From Planctomycetaceae bacterium (GTDB lineage Bacteria; Actinomycetota; UBA4738; HRBIN12), in the NCBI GenBank assembly GCA_050257835.1, contig JBLMXP010000060.1, positions 1 to 39,755 on the forward strand: a DNA stretch of 39,755 nt, read 5' to 3'. Below are positions 26,057 through 37,671 of the stretch, piece after piece. The notes beneath the pieces were generated by a model. That model was not told the origin of the DNA, did not search any database, and was given only the letters and a program-made list of their open reading frames with translations. The position numbers were made by a program, and so were the translations under genes. The stretch's first letter is position 1, and every line of letters begins with the position of its first letter.

Positions 26057-27103
26057 GTGAACCTCCGAACCCTGCGTCCGGTCGCCCTCGCGGCGCTGCT
26101 CGCCGTCGGCTCGAGCGCGTGCGCCCCGTCGTCTTCGCCCACCACCGCCGCCACCGTCGGCGGCTCGGTGATCACCCGCGAGCAACTCGCGACCGCCACC
26201 CGCGTGTTCCAGTCGATCGCCGGGGTCCAGCAGCAGGGTTGCGGCTCCGTCGATGGGCCGAACGACACGCAGGAGGCGGCCTGCGCCCGGTTCTCGCTCG
26301 GGTGGCTGATCCGGTACCGCCTCGCGGAGGCCTACGCGGCCGACCCGAGTCACCCGGTGACGGTGCCCGGCGCCGTCGTGACGAGGTCGGTGCAGTCGTT
26401 CATGTCGAGCTTCGGCACGAAGCAGGTCGACCAGACGCTCGCCACCAACGGGGCCACCACCGCCGACCTCACCCACCTCGTGGGGCTGGACATGCTCCAG
26501 CGCGCGGTCGCCCGCGCGATGGCGCTGGCCTCCGTCGGCGGGGCGGGCCTTCGGAGCCAGTACGAGCAGAACATCGGCCAGTACACGATCGTGCAACTCG
26601 ACCACATCGTGGTGAAGTCAAGAACGCGGGCGGAGCAGCTGTATCGGCAGGTCACCGCGCCCGGCGCCACCCGCGACGACTTCCTCGCCCTCGCGAAGAA
26701 GTACTCGATCGACCCCTCCGCGAAGCAGAACTCGGGCTCGCTCGGCTCGGCCTACATCTCGGCGCTGTCGGACCCCGCGTTGATGCACGTCGCGCTGACC
26801 CTCCAGAACGGTCAGATCTCGAAGCCGGTCAGGACCCAGGGGGGCTGGGAGGTCGTCCGGATGCAGGACAAGCAGGTGACGCCGTTCTCGCAGGTCCGCA
26901 AACAGCTGCTGCAACGCGAGGGCGACACGAGCTTCGAGACCTTCCTGAAGCGGCAGGTAGCATCGGGCGCGATCGAGGTCAGTCCCGCGTACGGCCGGTT
27001 CGACCCCCAGATGTTGGACGTCGTGCGGATCGGGAGCACCGACCCGTCGGCCACCCCGAGCGCGCAGGCGCCGGTGAACGCGACGCCGACGCCGACGCCG
27101 TGA
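26057..27103 (+). CDS. PrsA/SurA-like parvulin-type foldase, probable lipoprotein
   Basis: Signal peptide ending SSAC; HIVV, F..LAKKYSIDPS.KQN.G.LG, ISKPVRT..GW parvulin motifs. Confidence 0.85.
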   Translation: MNLRTLRPVALAALLAVGSSACAPSSSPTTAATVGGSVITREQLATATRVFQSIAGVQQQGCGSVDGPNDTQEAACARFSLGWLIRYRLAEAYAADPSHPVTVPGAVVTRSVQSFMSSFGTKQVDQTLATNGATTADLTHLVGLDMLQRAVARAMALASVGGAGLRSQYEQNIGQYTIVQLDHIVVKSRTRAEQLYRQVTAPGATRDDFLALAKKYSIDPSAKQNSGSLGSAYISALSDPALMHVALTLQNGQISKPVRTQGGWEVVRMQDKQVTPFSQVRKQLLQREGDTSFETFLKRQVASGAIEVSPAYGRFDPQMLDVVRIGSTDPSATPSAQAPVNATPTPTP

Positions 27104-27903
27104 CCGACGACCTGGCGCACGTCCCCGAAGGCCCGGCGCCGTCCTCTCATCACGGCGAACGCGTGCTCGACCTGATCAAGGTGCAGGCGCGGCTGCGGGC
27201 TCCCGACGGCTGCCCCTGGGACCGCGAGCAGACCCACCAGAGCCTCGCCCGCCACCTGCTCGAGGAGACCCACGAGCTGCTCGAGGCGATCGACGCCGGC
27301 GACGACGACGCGATCCGCGACGAGCTCGGCGACCTCCTGCTGCAGGTGACGTTCCACGCCGAGCTCGCGCGAGAGGACGGCCGTTGGGACATCGACGACG
27401 TCGCCGAGGGGCTCGTGCGCAAGCTGATCCATCGTCATCCGCACGTGTTCGGCGAGGTCGAGGTGGCCGATGCCGGCGAGGTGCTCGTGAACTGGGAGCG
27501 GCTGAAGGCCGAGGAGACCGGCGGGCGCAAGGGCGTCGACGAGGACATCCCGGCGTCGTTGCCGGCGCTCGCACGCGCCGCGAAGGTCCAGCGGCGCGCG
27601 GCGGGCTGGGGGTTCGAGTGGCGGAGCGTCGAGGGCGCGGTCGACGCGCTCCGCGAGGAGGTCGACGAGCTCGCGGAGGCCCCGACGCCCCAGGACGCCG
27701 AGGCCGAGATCGGCGACGTCCTGTTCGCCGCGGTGGCGGTCGCGCGCAAGCTCGGCGTGGACGCCGAGAGCGCGCTCCGCCGGACCACACGGACGTTCGC
27801 CGAGCGCTACGAACGGTTCGCGGCGCTCGCGACCGAGCGCGGTATCGACGTGGGGACCGCTCCCGAGGCGGAGCTCCGCGCGCTGTTCCGCGAGGCACGC
27901 TGA
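27100..27903 (+). CDS. mazG: Nucleoside triphosphate pyrophosphohydrolase MazG
   Basis: GCPWDREQTH.SL, EETHE, ELGDLLLQV, RHPHVF, EIGDVLF; GTGA overlap with the upstream gene. Confidence 0.95.
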   Translation: MTDDLAHVPEGPAPSSHHGERVLDLIKVQARLRAPDGCPWDREQTHQSLARHLLEETHELLEAIDAGDDDAIRDELGDLLLQVTFHAELAREDGRWDIDDVAEGLVRKLIHRHPHVFGEVEVADAGEVLVNWERLKAEETGGRKGVDEDIPASLPALARAAKVQRRAAGWGFEWRSVEGAVDALREEVDELAEAPTPQDAEAEIGDVLFAAVAVARKLGVDAESALRRTTRTFAERYERFAALATERGIDVGTAPEAELRALFREAR

Positions 27904-27926
27904 GGCGCGCTGAGCGGCGCTTCCCG

Positions 27927-28589
27927 TCAAGGGCCGACCGAGGGACGGCGATCCCGGGTCCGTTGCGCGAGCCCGGCGACGAGGAAGGCGCAGCCGGCGC
28001 CGAGCAGGGCGCCGGCGACCACGTCGGAGGTCCAGTGCTGGTCCAAGACGGTGCGCGAGAAGCCCATCGCGACGATCCAGCCGCACGCGATCGCCCAGGC
28101 CCACGCGCGGGAGCGCCACGGCGAGGTCGCGACCAGCACGAGCCCGATCGCCACCTGCGCCGCGGTCTTCGCGTGCGCCGAAGGGAACGAGTGGCGGTCG
28201 AGGTGGTCGGGGCGCCACCGGTGGACGCCGGGCTTGAGGACCAGCGTGAGGAGGTCGGCGAGCGCCCAGGCGCCGAGCCACGCGGCCAGGTCCCACCAGC
28301 GCCGCCGCCACACGAGCCACGCCGCGACGACCAGCCGGAACGGCACCATGACCCAGCCGCTGCCGAGGACGAGCATCGCGCGCCCGAAGGCGTGGAGGGT
28401 GGCGCCGGCCGGCTGCACGACCGCTCGCCACCACGCGTCGACCCGGAACAGCAGGGGCGGCGCGGCGCGGTTCCCGACCACGAGCGCGGCGAGGAGGGCG
28501 ACCACGGCCAGCATCCCCACGCCGAGCACGGTCGCGGCCGCGGGGCGGCGCACGAGGTCGCCGTCGCGTCGGGGGGTCGCCGGGTCCAT
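27927..28589 (-). CDS. PAP2-family membrane phosphatase
   Basis: K......RP, SFPSAH, SR..L..HW.SDV motifs. Confidence 0.9.
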   Translation of the reverse strand: MDPATPRRDGDLVRRPAAATVLGVGMLAVVALLAALVVGNRAAPPLLFRVDAWWRAVVQPAGATLHAFGRAMLVLGSGWVMVPFRLVVAAWLVWRRRWWDLAAWLGAWALADLLTLVLKPGVHRWRPDHLDRHSFPSAHAKTAAQVAIGLVLVATSPWRSRAWAWAIACGWIVAMGFSRTVLDQHWTSDVVAGALLGAGCAFLVAGLAQRTRDRRPSVGP

Positions 28590-28625
28590 CGGGGCGCCAG
28601 CCTAGCCCTGCTACCGTCCGGGCCC

Positions 28626-31112
<2,487 letters not shown>

Positions 31113-31999
31113 TGTCGTCGAACCTGAGCATCGCGCTCTCGCACACGCGGTCGTAGCCGATCCGGACGTAGATCGCGTTCGACGTCGGGTTCGCGAGGTC
31201 CGTGTACAGGAAGCAGAAGCGTCGGCCGCGCGCGAGCTGCTGCCGGCTGAGCTCGGCGACGAGCGAGGTCGCGTAGCCGTGCTTGCGCAGCGCCGGCGGG
31301 GTGAACACCGGACCGATCCGGACCCCGTTCGGCGTGGCGCCGCCCCAGCCCGCGACCGACACGACCTCCCCCGCGACCTCCCACAGCAGGAACCCGTCCT
31401 CGCCGACGCCCAGGCGCCGGTCGACCGTGGCGCGGATCTGCTCCTCGGTGAGCGCCTCGTGCCGGGCGGCCTCCTTGGAGAAGTCCCCGATCCATCCCAG
31501 GATCAGGTCGCGATCGGCCGGACCCGCCACCCGAGCGCGGCCCCGCGTCGCGGGCACGTCGAGCACGACCCGCAGCACGTAGATGCCCTGATGCACGAGG
31601 GTGTGCGAGGTGGCGCCCGCGAGCGCGGACCACGCCTCGGCGAACGCCTGGACCTCGGGGACGGCCCCCGTGACGCCCGGCAGCCGCACTCCGGCGGCAT
31701 GGATCGCCTCCGCGGTCGCGGCGACGGCCTCCTCCTGGCGCGGCTGGGCCACGATCACGTTGTAGGGCGGCGTCTGGATCGCCGCCCCGACGGCCGCGCC
31801 GCCCTCCTCGGCGACCCACAGGTTCCGCTCCGGGTAGGTGGCCGGGTGGCGGATCAAGGTGTCGGCGACGCCGAACAGCAGGTTGTGACGGGCTTCGTCG
31901 CGGAGCAGCAGGGGCGTCACCGCCTCGAGCCAGGCGCCCACGTCGTCGATCCGTCGCACGTCCACCTGGCGATGCTACGCGAGAGCCCGTTCCCGCACG

Positions 32000-32029
32000 T
32001 TGACGGGCGGGTTGCCTCTCCCGCACACT
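32000..32029 (+). promoter_or_regulatory. Housekeeping sigma-type promoter for the S1 gene
   Basis: TTGACG-N18-CACACT. Confidence 0.6.
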
Positions 32030-32079
32030 TGGCCCCTCGCCCGGGAACGGCCCGGGCGCGCATCGGAAGGAGTCGGGAG

Positions 32080-32442
32080 ATCGCTGAGATCGAGGTCGGA
32101 GCCGTGATCCAAGGAACGGTCGCGCGCATCGAGAACTACGGAGCGTTCCTGCAGCTCGAGGACGGTCGGATGGGATTGGTCCACATCTCCGAGATCGACC
32201 GCAACTACGTGCGCGACGTCCACGACCACCTCCGCGAAGGCGACAAGGTCGACGCGAAGGTCGTCGCGATCAAGGACGACGGGAAGATCGACCTCTCGAT
32301 CAAGGCGCTCCAGGACCCGGCGCCGCCGCGTCCGCGCCGCGGGAGCGACCCGGAGTTCGAGCAGATGCTGAAGAAGTTCATGCGGCAGAGCGAAGAGCGC
32401 CAGGTCGACTACCGCCGCGCCACCGAGCACAAGCGCAAGTAG
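32080..32442 (+). CDS. S1 RNA-binding domain protein (YabR/YugI-like), probable ATC start
   Basis: EVG...GTV..I..YGAF, GLVHISE, GKIDLSIK, FEQML.KF...SEER tail; AAGGAG 7 nt upstream of an in-frame ATC. Confidence 0.88.
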   Translation: MAEIEVGAVIQGTVARIENYGAFLQLEDGRMGLVHISEIDRNYVRDVHDHLREGDKVDAKVVAIKDDGKIDLSIKALQDPAPPRPRRGSDPEFEQMLKKFMRQSEERQVDYRRATEHKRK

Positions 32443-32451
32443 CGCCTCGTC

Positions 32452-33867
32452 GTGCTGGTCGACCACGCCGAGCTGCGCGAGGCGGACCTGGTCGCGGTCC
32501 GCGAGCAGCTCGGCCGTGAGCCCACCACCGCGTTCAGGGTGATCGCCCGTTGCACAGGCGGGCACCCGCTGGTGATCCGTAACGCCCCGTTCGGTCCCGA
32601 CGGCTCCCCGTTCCCCACCACCTACTGGCTCACATGCCCCGAGGCCGTCAAGGCGGTCTCCCGGGTCGAGGCCGAGGGGTGGATCGGACGGCTGAACGAG
32701 CGGTACGAGGTCGATGAAGGGTTCCGGGCGGAGGTGGACGCGGCCCACGAGGAGGCCGCCGCGGAGCGCGGCGCGGATCTGCCCGAGGCGCGGGACTGGG
32801 GCGGGGTCGGCGGCACGCGCCGCGGGATCAAGTGTTTCCACGCGCACTACGCGAACCACCTCGCGGGCGGGCGCGATCGCGTGGGCGCCTGGGTCGCGCG
32901 CGAGGTGGAGCCGATCCATCCCGAGCGCAACCCGAGGCGGGTCGCGGCGATCGACCAGGGGACGAACTCGTGCCGGCTCCTCGTCGTGGAACCGGGCGAG
33001 GATCCCGACGCCGACCCGACCGAGCTCGCGCGCGACATGATCATCACGCGGCTCGGCAAGGGGATCGACGCGACCGGCCGGTTCGACCCCGCGGCGCTCG
33101 CCGCGACCGAGGCGGTGCTCGCCCGCTACTGCCGCCGGGCGCGGGCCCTGGGCGCCGAACGGATCCGGGTGGGAGCCACGAGCGCGGTCCGAGACGCCGA
33201 GGACCGCGACACCTTCCTCGCGATCGTGCGCGAGCACGCGGGCTCGGACCCGGAGGTGATCGACGGCACGCAGGAGGCCGCGCTCTCATTCCTCGGCGGG
33301 ACCCACGGCCTGGACCCCGCCGACGGTCCGTTCCTCGTGCTCGACATCGGCGGCGGCTCGACGGAGTTCGTCGTCGGGGCCAGGCCAGGGCGCTCCGAGC
33401 ACGCGATCTCCACGCAGATGGGCTCGGTGCGGCTGACCGAGCGGTTCCTCGCCTCGGACCCGCCCGCCGCGGCCGAGCTCGAGGCGGCGCGCGCGGAGAT
33501 CGGGCGGGTGCTCGAGGAGGTGGCCACGGCGGTGCCGGTCGCCGAGGCGCGGACGTTCGTGAGCGTGGCCGGGACCGCCACCACCCTGCAGGCGATCGCG
33601 CTCGGCCTGGTCCGCTACGACCCCGACCGGATCCACCGGACGTGGCTCTCGCTCTCCGACGCCGATCGGGTCCTCGCGGACCTCGCCGCGATGACGAACG
33701 CCGAGCGCGCGGCCCTGCCCGTGATGGCGCCGGGCCGGGGCGACGTGATCGTCGCGGGCGCCGAGATCCTCGTGGCGGTGATGCGCCGGTTCGGGTTCGA
33801 TCGCACCTCGGTGTCGGAGACGGACATCCTCGACGCCCTGGCGTACGAGCTCCTCGGCGTCGGGTAA
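32452..33867 (+). CDS. DUF501-Ppx/GppA phosphatase fusion protein
   Basis: N-terminus QLGR.P, PFPT.YWLTCP, GGVGG, KC.HAH (DUF501/Rv1025-like); C-terminus AAID.GTNS.RL, ATSA.RDA, DIGGGSTE, G.VRLTE (Ppx/GppA). Confidence 0.9.
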   Translation: MLVDHAELREADLVAVREQLGREPTTAFRVIARCTGGHPLVIRNAPFGPDGSPFPTTYWLTCPEAVKAVSRVEAEGWIGRLNERYEVDEGFRAEVDAAHEEAAAERGADLPEARDWGGVGGTRRGIKCFHAHYANHLAGGRDRVGAWVAREVEPIHPERNPRRVAAIDQGTNSCRLLVVEPGEDPDADPTELARDMIITRLGKGIDATGRFDPAALAATEAVLARYCRRARALGAERIRVGATSAVRDAEDRDTFLAIVREHAGSDPEVIDGTQEAALSFLGGTHGLDPADGPFLVLDIGGGSTEFVVGARPGRSEHAISTQMGSVRLTERFLASDPPAAAELEAARAEIGRVLEEVATAVPVAEARTFVSVAGTATTLQAIALGLVRYDPDRIHRTWLSLSDADRVLADLAAMTNAERAALPVMAPGRGDVIVAGAEILVAVMRRFGFDRTSVSETDILDALAYELLGVG

Positions 33868-33880
33868 CCTTCCCGGCCGT

Positions 33881-34777
33881 ATGCCCAGCAGAGCCCGGGA
33901 CCGCCACCTCGCGAAGCTCGCGGCCCGCCGCCAGGCCGAGCGTCGCGCTGCCCGGCGCCGCCGCAACACGATCCTGTGGGTGGTCGCCGGCGTGATCGCC
34001 GCCGTGGTGATCGTGGTCGGCGTGGTGCGCTTCACCGGCGGCAACGGCACCGCCGCCGCCTCGGGCTCGCCGACGCCCTCGGCGAGCGCCTCGGCCTCCT
34101 CGACGAAGAACGGTCTGCCACAGCAGACCGGGACCGTGAAGCCGCAGGCGTCGCCGGCCAAGACGGTCGCCTGCGGCGCGTCGGTGCCCAAGGACGCGGG
34201 CAAGCCGAAGCCGCAGTTCGCGAGCGCACCCTCGCCGAGCACCGTGCTGAAGAAGGACACCACCTACACCGCGGTGATGAAGACCTCGTGCGGCACGATC
34301 ACGATCGCGCTGGACGCTCCAGGGACGCCCAACACGGTGGCGAGCTTCGTGTTCCTCGCCGACCAGCACTACTTCGACGGCACGTTCTTCCACCGGGTCG
34401 TCGACTCGATCGACGTGATCCAGGGCGGCGACCCGCTGGGCACCGGGTCCGGCGGTCCCGGCTACACGATCCCCGACGAGCTGACGGGCAAGGAGGACTA
34501 CAAGACCGGCACCGTGGCCATGGCCAAGACGCAGGCGCCCAACTCCGGCGGGAGCCAGTTCTTCATCATCACGGGGCCGAAGGGCACGAACCTGAACGGC
34601 AGCCCGAACTACACGATCTTCGGGCACGTCACCTCGGGGCTGGCGGTAGCCCAGAAGATCAACTCGTTCATGCCATCGACCGGCGACGGCCCGCCGACCC
34701 AGGCCGTCTACATCGACTCGGTGACGATCCTCACGAAGAAGACGCCGCCGTCGCCCTCGGCCTCGCCTTCGGCCTGA
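33881..34777 (+). CDS. Membrane-anchored cyclophilin-type peptidyl-prolyl isomerase
   Basis: Arg-rich N-terminus + TM; FHRVV, QGGDP.GTG.GGPGY, AMA, GSQFFI, YT.FG.V. Confidence 0.93.
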   Translation: MPSRARDRHLAKLAARRQAERRAARRRRNTILWVVAGVIAAVVIVVGVVRFTGGNGTAAASGSPTPSASASASSTKNGLPQQTGTVKPQASPAKTVACGASVPKDAGKPKPQFASAPSPSTVLKKDTTYTAVMKTSCGTITIALDAPGTPNTVASFVFLADQHYFDGTFFHRVVDSIDVIQGGDPLGTGSGGPGYTIPDELTGKEDYKTGTVAMAKTQAPNSGGSQFFIITGPKGTNLNGSPNYTIFGHVTSGLAVAQKINSFMPSTGDGPPTQAVYIDSVTILTKKTPPSPSASPSA

Positions 34778-34781
34778 GCCT

Positions 34782-36098
34782 CTAGAGTCGCACGACGTGC
34801 GGCGCGTCGATCCCGACGGTGGCCCCGCGCGCGTCGAAGACGAGCCGCGCGTGCTGCACGAGCGCTTGCACGTCCACCTGCGGGTGCGCCGTCAAGATCA
34901 CGACGACGTCGGCGGCTCCCACCGTCTCGGGGTCGAGCGGGACGCTCGCGAGGTCGACTCCCCCGATCGAGGTCGTCGCGACGAAGGGGTCGTGGTAGAC
35001 GACCTCGGCGCCCTTCGCGGCCAGTCCCTCGAGGACCTCGACGGCGGGAGACTCGCGCAGGTCGTCGACTCCCGCCTTGAACGCGACGCCGACGCCGAGG
35101 ACGGTCGAGCCGCGGACCGGCTTGCCGGCGTCGTTCAGGGCCTCGGCGATCCGGGTGCACACGTAGTCGGGCATCCGGTTGTTGACCTCGTTCGCGTGCT
35201 CGATGAACCCGACCCGGTAGCCGAGCTGCTGCCCGGCGCGCCACGACAGGTAGGTCGGGTCGATCGAGATGCAGTGGCCGCCGACGCCCGGCCCGGGCCA
35301 GAACGGCTGGTACCCGAACGGCTTGGTGGCGGCGGCCTGCAGCGCCTCCCAGATGTCGACGTCGAGCTCCTTCGCCATCACCGCGAGCTCGTTCACGAGC
35401 GCGATGTTGACCTGCCGGTACGTGTTCTCGATCAGCTTGGCCATCTCGGCCTCACGGGGGCTCGAGGTGGTGACGACCGCCTGCACGAACGTCGAGTAGA
35501 AGCCGACGGCGAGGTCGCGGCAGCGCTCGGTCAGCCCCGAGACGATCTTCGGCGTCTCGTGGATCGAGTGCCTCGAGCCCGGGTCGATCCGCTCGGGTGA
35601 GTACGCGAGCGCGACGTCGCGCCCGGCGAGGAGGCCGGAGGTCTCCAGGAGCGGTCGCAGGAGCTCCTCGGTGGTGCCCGGGTACGTGGTCGACTCGAGG
35701 ATCACCAGCGTGCCGGGCGTGAGCTGCGCGGCCACCGTCTCGGCGGCCTCGCGCACCATCGTGAGGTCCGGCGCGCCGTCGGCGAGCGGCGTCGGCAGGC
35801 AGAGCACGATCACGTCGGCGCCCGCGAGCGCCGCGGGGTCCGACGTATAGGTCACGTCGTCGATCGCGGCCAGCGCCGAGTCGGTCACGTCGACGATGTA
35901 CGAACTCCCGTCGCGGAGCGCGCCCACCTTCGCGCCGTCCACGTCGAACCCGATCGCCGGGAAGCCTTCCTGCGAGATCCCGACGAGCAGCGGGAGCCCG
36001 ACGTAGCCGAGCCCGATCACGGCCACGACGGCCTCGCGCTCGCGGATCCGGCTGGCGAGCCGTTCGAGCGGGTCGACGTCGGTGGGGAGCGTGCTCAC
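34782..36098 (-). CDS. Nucleotide-sugar (UDP-HexNAc-type) dehydrogenase
   Basis: GLGYVG, PTP, ESTTYPGTT, PERIDPG, KLIENTYR.VNIA, GPGVGGHC, D.RESP; GTGA overlap with add. Confidence 0.92.
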   Translation of the reverse strand: MSTLPTDVDPLERLASRIREREAVVAVIGLGYVGLPLLVGISQEGFPAIGFDVDGAKVGALRDGSSYIVDVTDSALAAIDDVTYTSDPAALAGADVIVLCLPTPLADGAPDLTMVREAAETVAAQLTPGTLVILESTTYPGTTEELLRPLLETSGLLAGRDVALAYSPERIDPGSRHSIHETPKIVSGLTERCRDLAVGFYSTFVQAVVTTSSPREAEMAKLIENTYRQVNIALVNELAVMAKELDVDIWEALQAAATKPFGYQPFWPGPGVGGHCISIDPTYLSWRAGQQLGYRVGFIEHANEVNNRMPDYVCTRIAEALNDAGKPVRGSTVLGVGVAFKAGVDDLRESPAVEVLEGLAAKGAEVVYHDPFVATTSIGGVDLASVPLDPETVGAADVVVILTAHPQVDVQALVQHARLVFDARGATVGIDAPHVVRL

Positions 36099-37108
36099 GA
36101 CGCGGTCTCCCGGGCCGGGGACAGCAGCCACTCGCCGATCCCGCGCTCGAGCGAGGCCTTCGTCACGTCGTCGGCGAAGCTCGCGCGGACCGCGGTGCGC
36201 GCGAGCTCGGCGAGTTCCTCGTCGCTGAGGCTCCACGCGGCCCGGGCGGCCTCGTACACGTCGGCGAGCCAGGCGCCGAACATCGGCGGGTCGTCGGAGT
36301 TGAGGGTCACGATCACGCCCGCGTCGCGCAGGCGCAGGAACGGGTGGTCTTCCAAGGAGGGGTACACGCCGGTCGCGACGTTGGACACGGGGGAGATCTC
36401 GAGCGGGATCCGTCGCCGCGCGAGCTCCTCGACGAGCGCCGGGTCCTCGATCGCGCGCACCCCGTGGCCGATCCGGTCGGGCAGGTAGTGGGTGAGCGTG
36501 TCCCAGACGTTCTTCGGCCCCGCCCACTCGCCCGCGTGCGGGACGCTCTTGAGGCCCTCGGCCTTGGCTCGCTGGAACAGGGGTCCGAAGGGACCGATGT
36601 CCGCGCGCTCGCTGCCCGCGCAGCCGAGCGCGACGACGCCACGCCCTGCGTAGCGGAGCGCCACGTCCAGCACGCGCGCTCCCTCCTCCTGGCCGAGGTC
36701 GCGGACGATGTCGGGGCACAGCCGCACCGTGACTCCGTGGTCCCGACGCCCGGCCTCGAGCCCGTCCAGGACCGCCTCGATCGGGCCGAACCAGTCGCCG
36801 CCCAGGCGCGCAGCGTGGGCCGAGGGGCTGAACACGGCTTCCGCGTAGCGGACGCCGTTCGCGGCGAGGTCCTCGCAGCACTCGAGCGCGACCCGACGGA
36901 AGTCGTCGAGCCTCGTCAGGAGCGCGCACAGCTCGATGTAGTCCTCGATGAAGTCGAGGCCGTCGCGGAAGGTCCAGCCGGCGTCGTCGAGCCCGTGGGG
37001 GAGAGTGGAACCGTCGCGATCGGCGAGCTCGCGAGCGGTGGCGACCCGGGTCGCGCCCTCCAGGTGGATGTGCAGCTCGGCCTTGGGGAGGGCTCGGAGG
37101 TCCCGCAT
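36095..37108 (-). CDS. add: Adenosine/adenine deaminase
   Basis: PKAELHIHLEG, HAGE, RIGHG, P.SN, NSDDP. Confidence 0.9.
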   Translation of the reverse strand: MRDLRALPKAELHIHLEGATRVATARELADRDGSTLPHGLDDAGWTFRDGLDFIEDYIELCALLTRLDDFRRVALECCEDLAANGVRYAEAVFSPSAHAARLGGDWFGPIEAVLDGLEAGRRDHGVTVRLCPDIVRDLGQEEGARVLDVALRYAGRGVVALGCAGSERADIGPFGPLFQRAKAEGLKSVPHAGEWAGPKNVWDTLTHYLPDRIGHGVRAIEDPALVEELARRRIPLEISPVSNVATGVYPSLEDHPFLRLRDAGVIVTLNSDDPPMFGAWLADVYEAARAAWSLSDEELAELARTAVRASFADDVTKASLERGIGEWLLSPARETAS

Positions 37109-37194
37109 GGCCTCCGATGGTAGCGTCCGCGCCGCCGTCGGTGTCCGGCGGGCCTGTTGATGGATCGGCCGGTTCGGCCCCCTATCCGGTCGAG

Positions 37195-37671
37195 ATGCGA
37201 GAGCTGACCGTGGACCCGAACGCCGACGTCGAGCGCTGCTACCGGGAACATGCCGAGAAGATCTGGCGCGCGCTGCTCCTGTTCACGGGGGACCGGGAGG
37301 TCGCGAGCGACGCCGTAGCGGAGGCGTTCGCCCAGGCCCTGCGACGTGGCGACCAGGTCCGCGACGTCGAGCGCTGGGTCTGGCGGGCGTCGTTCAAGAT
37401 CGCCCGCGGCGAGCTGCAGCGGCGGCGCCGCGACGTCGCGCCGGTCGCGGACGTCCCGGTCGAGCTCCCCGAGGACACCGTGGACCTGATGCGTGCGCTC
37501 GCCGGGCTGTCGCCGAAGCAGCGGGGGGCGGCGGTCCTCCGCCTCTACGCCGGCTACTCGGCCAAGGAGACGGCGCAGATCCTCGGGTCCACGGCCGGCG
37601 CGGTCGGGATGCACCTGGACCGCGCGCGACGCAAGCTCCGCGACGAGCTGGAGGTACGCGACGATGGCTGA
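37195..37671 (+). CDS. ECF sigma factor
   Basis: TGD...A.DAVAEAF, WVWR, LS.KQR.A.VLR...GYS..ETA.ILG; start ATG 37195 inferred. Confidence 0.87.
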   Translation: MRELTVDPNADVERCYREHAEKIWRALLLFTGDREVASDAVAEAFAQALRRGDQVRDVERWVWRASFKIARGELQRRRRDVAPVADVPVELPEDTVDLMRALAGLSPKQRGAAVLRLYAGYSAKETAQILGSTAGAVGMHLDRARRKLRDELEVRDDG

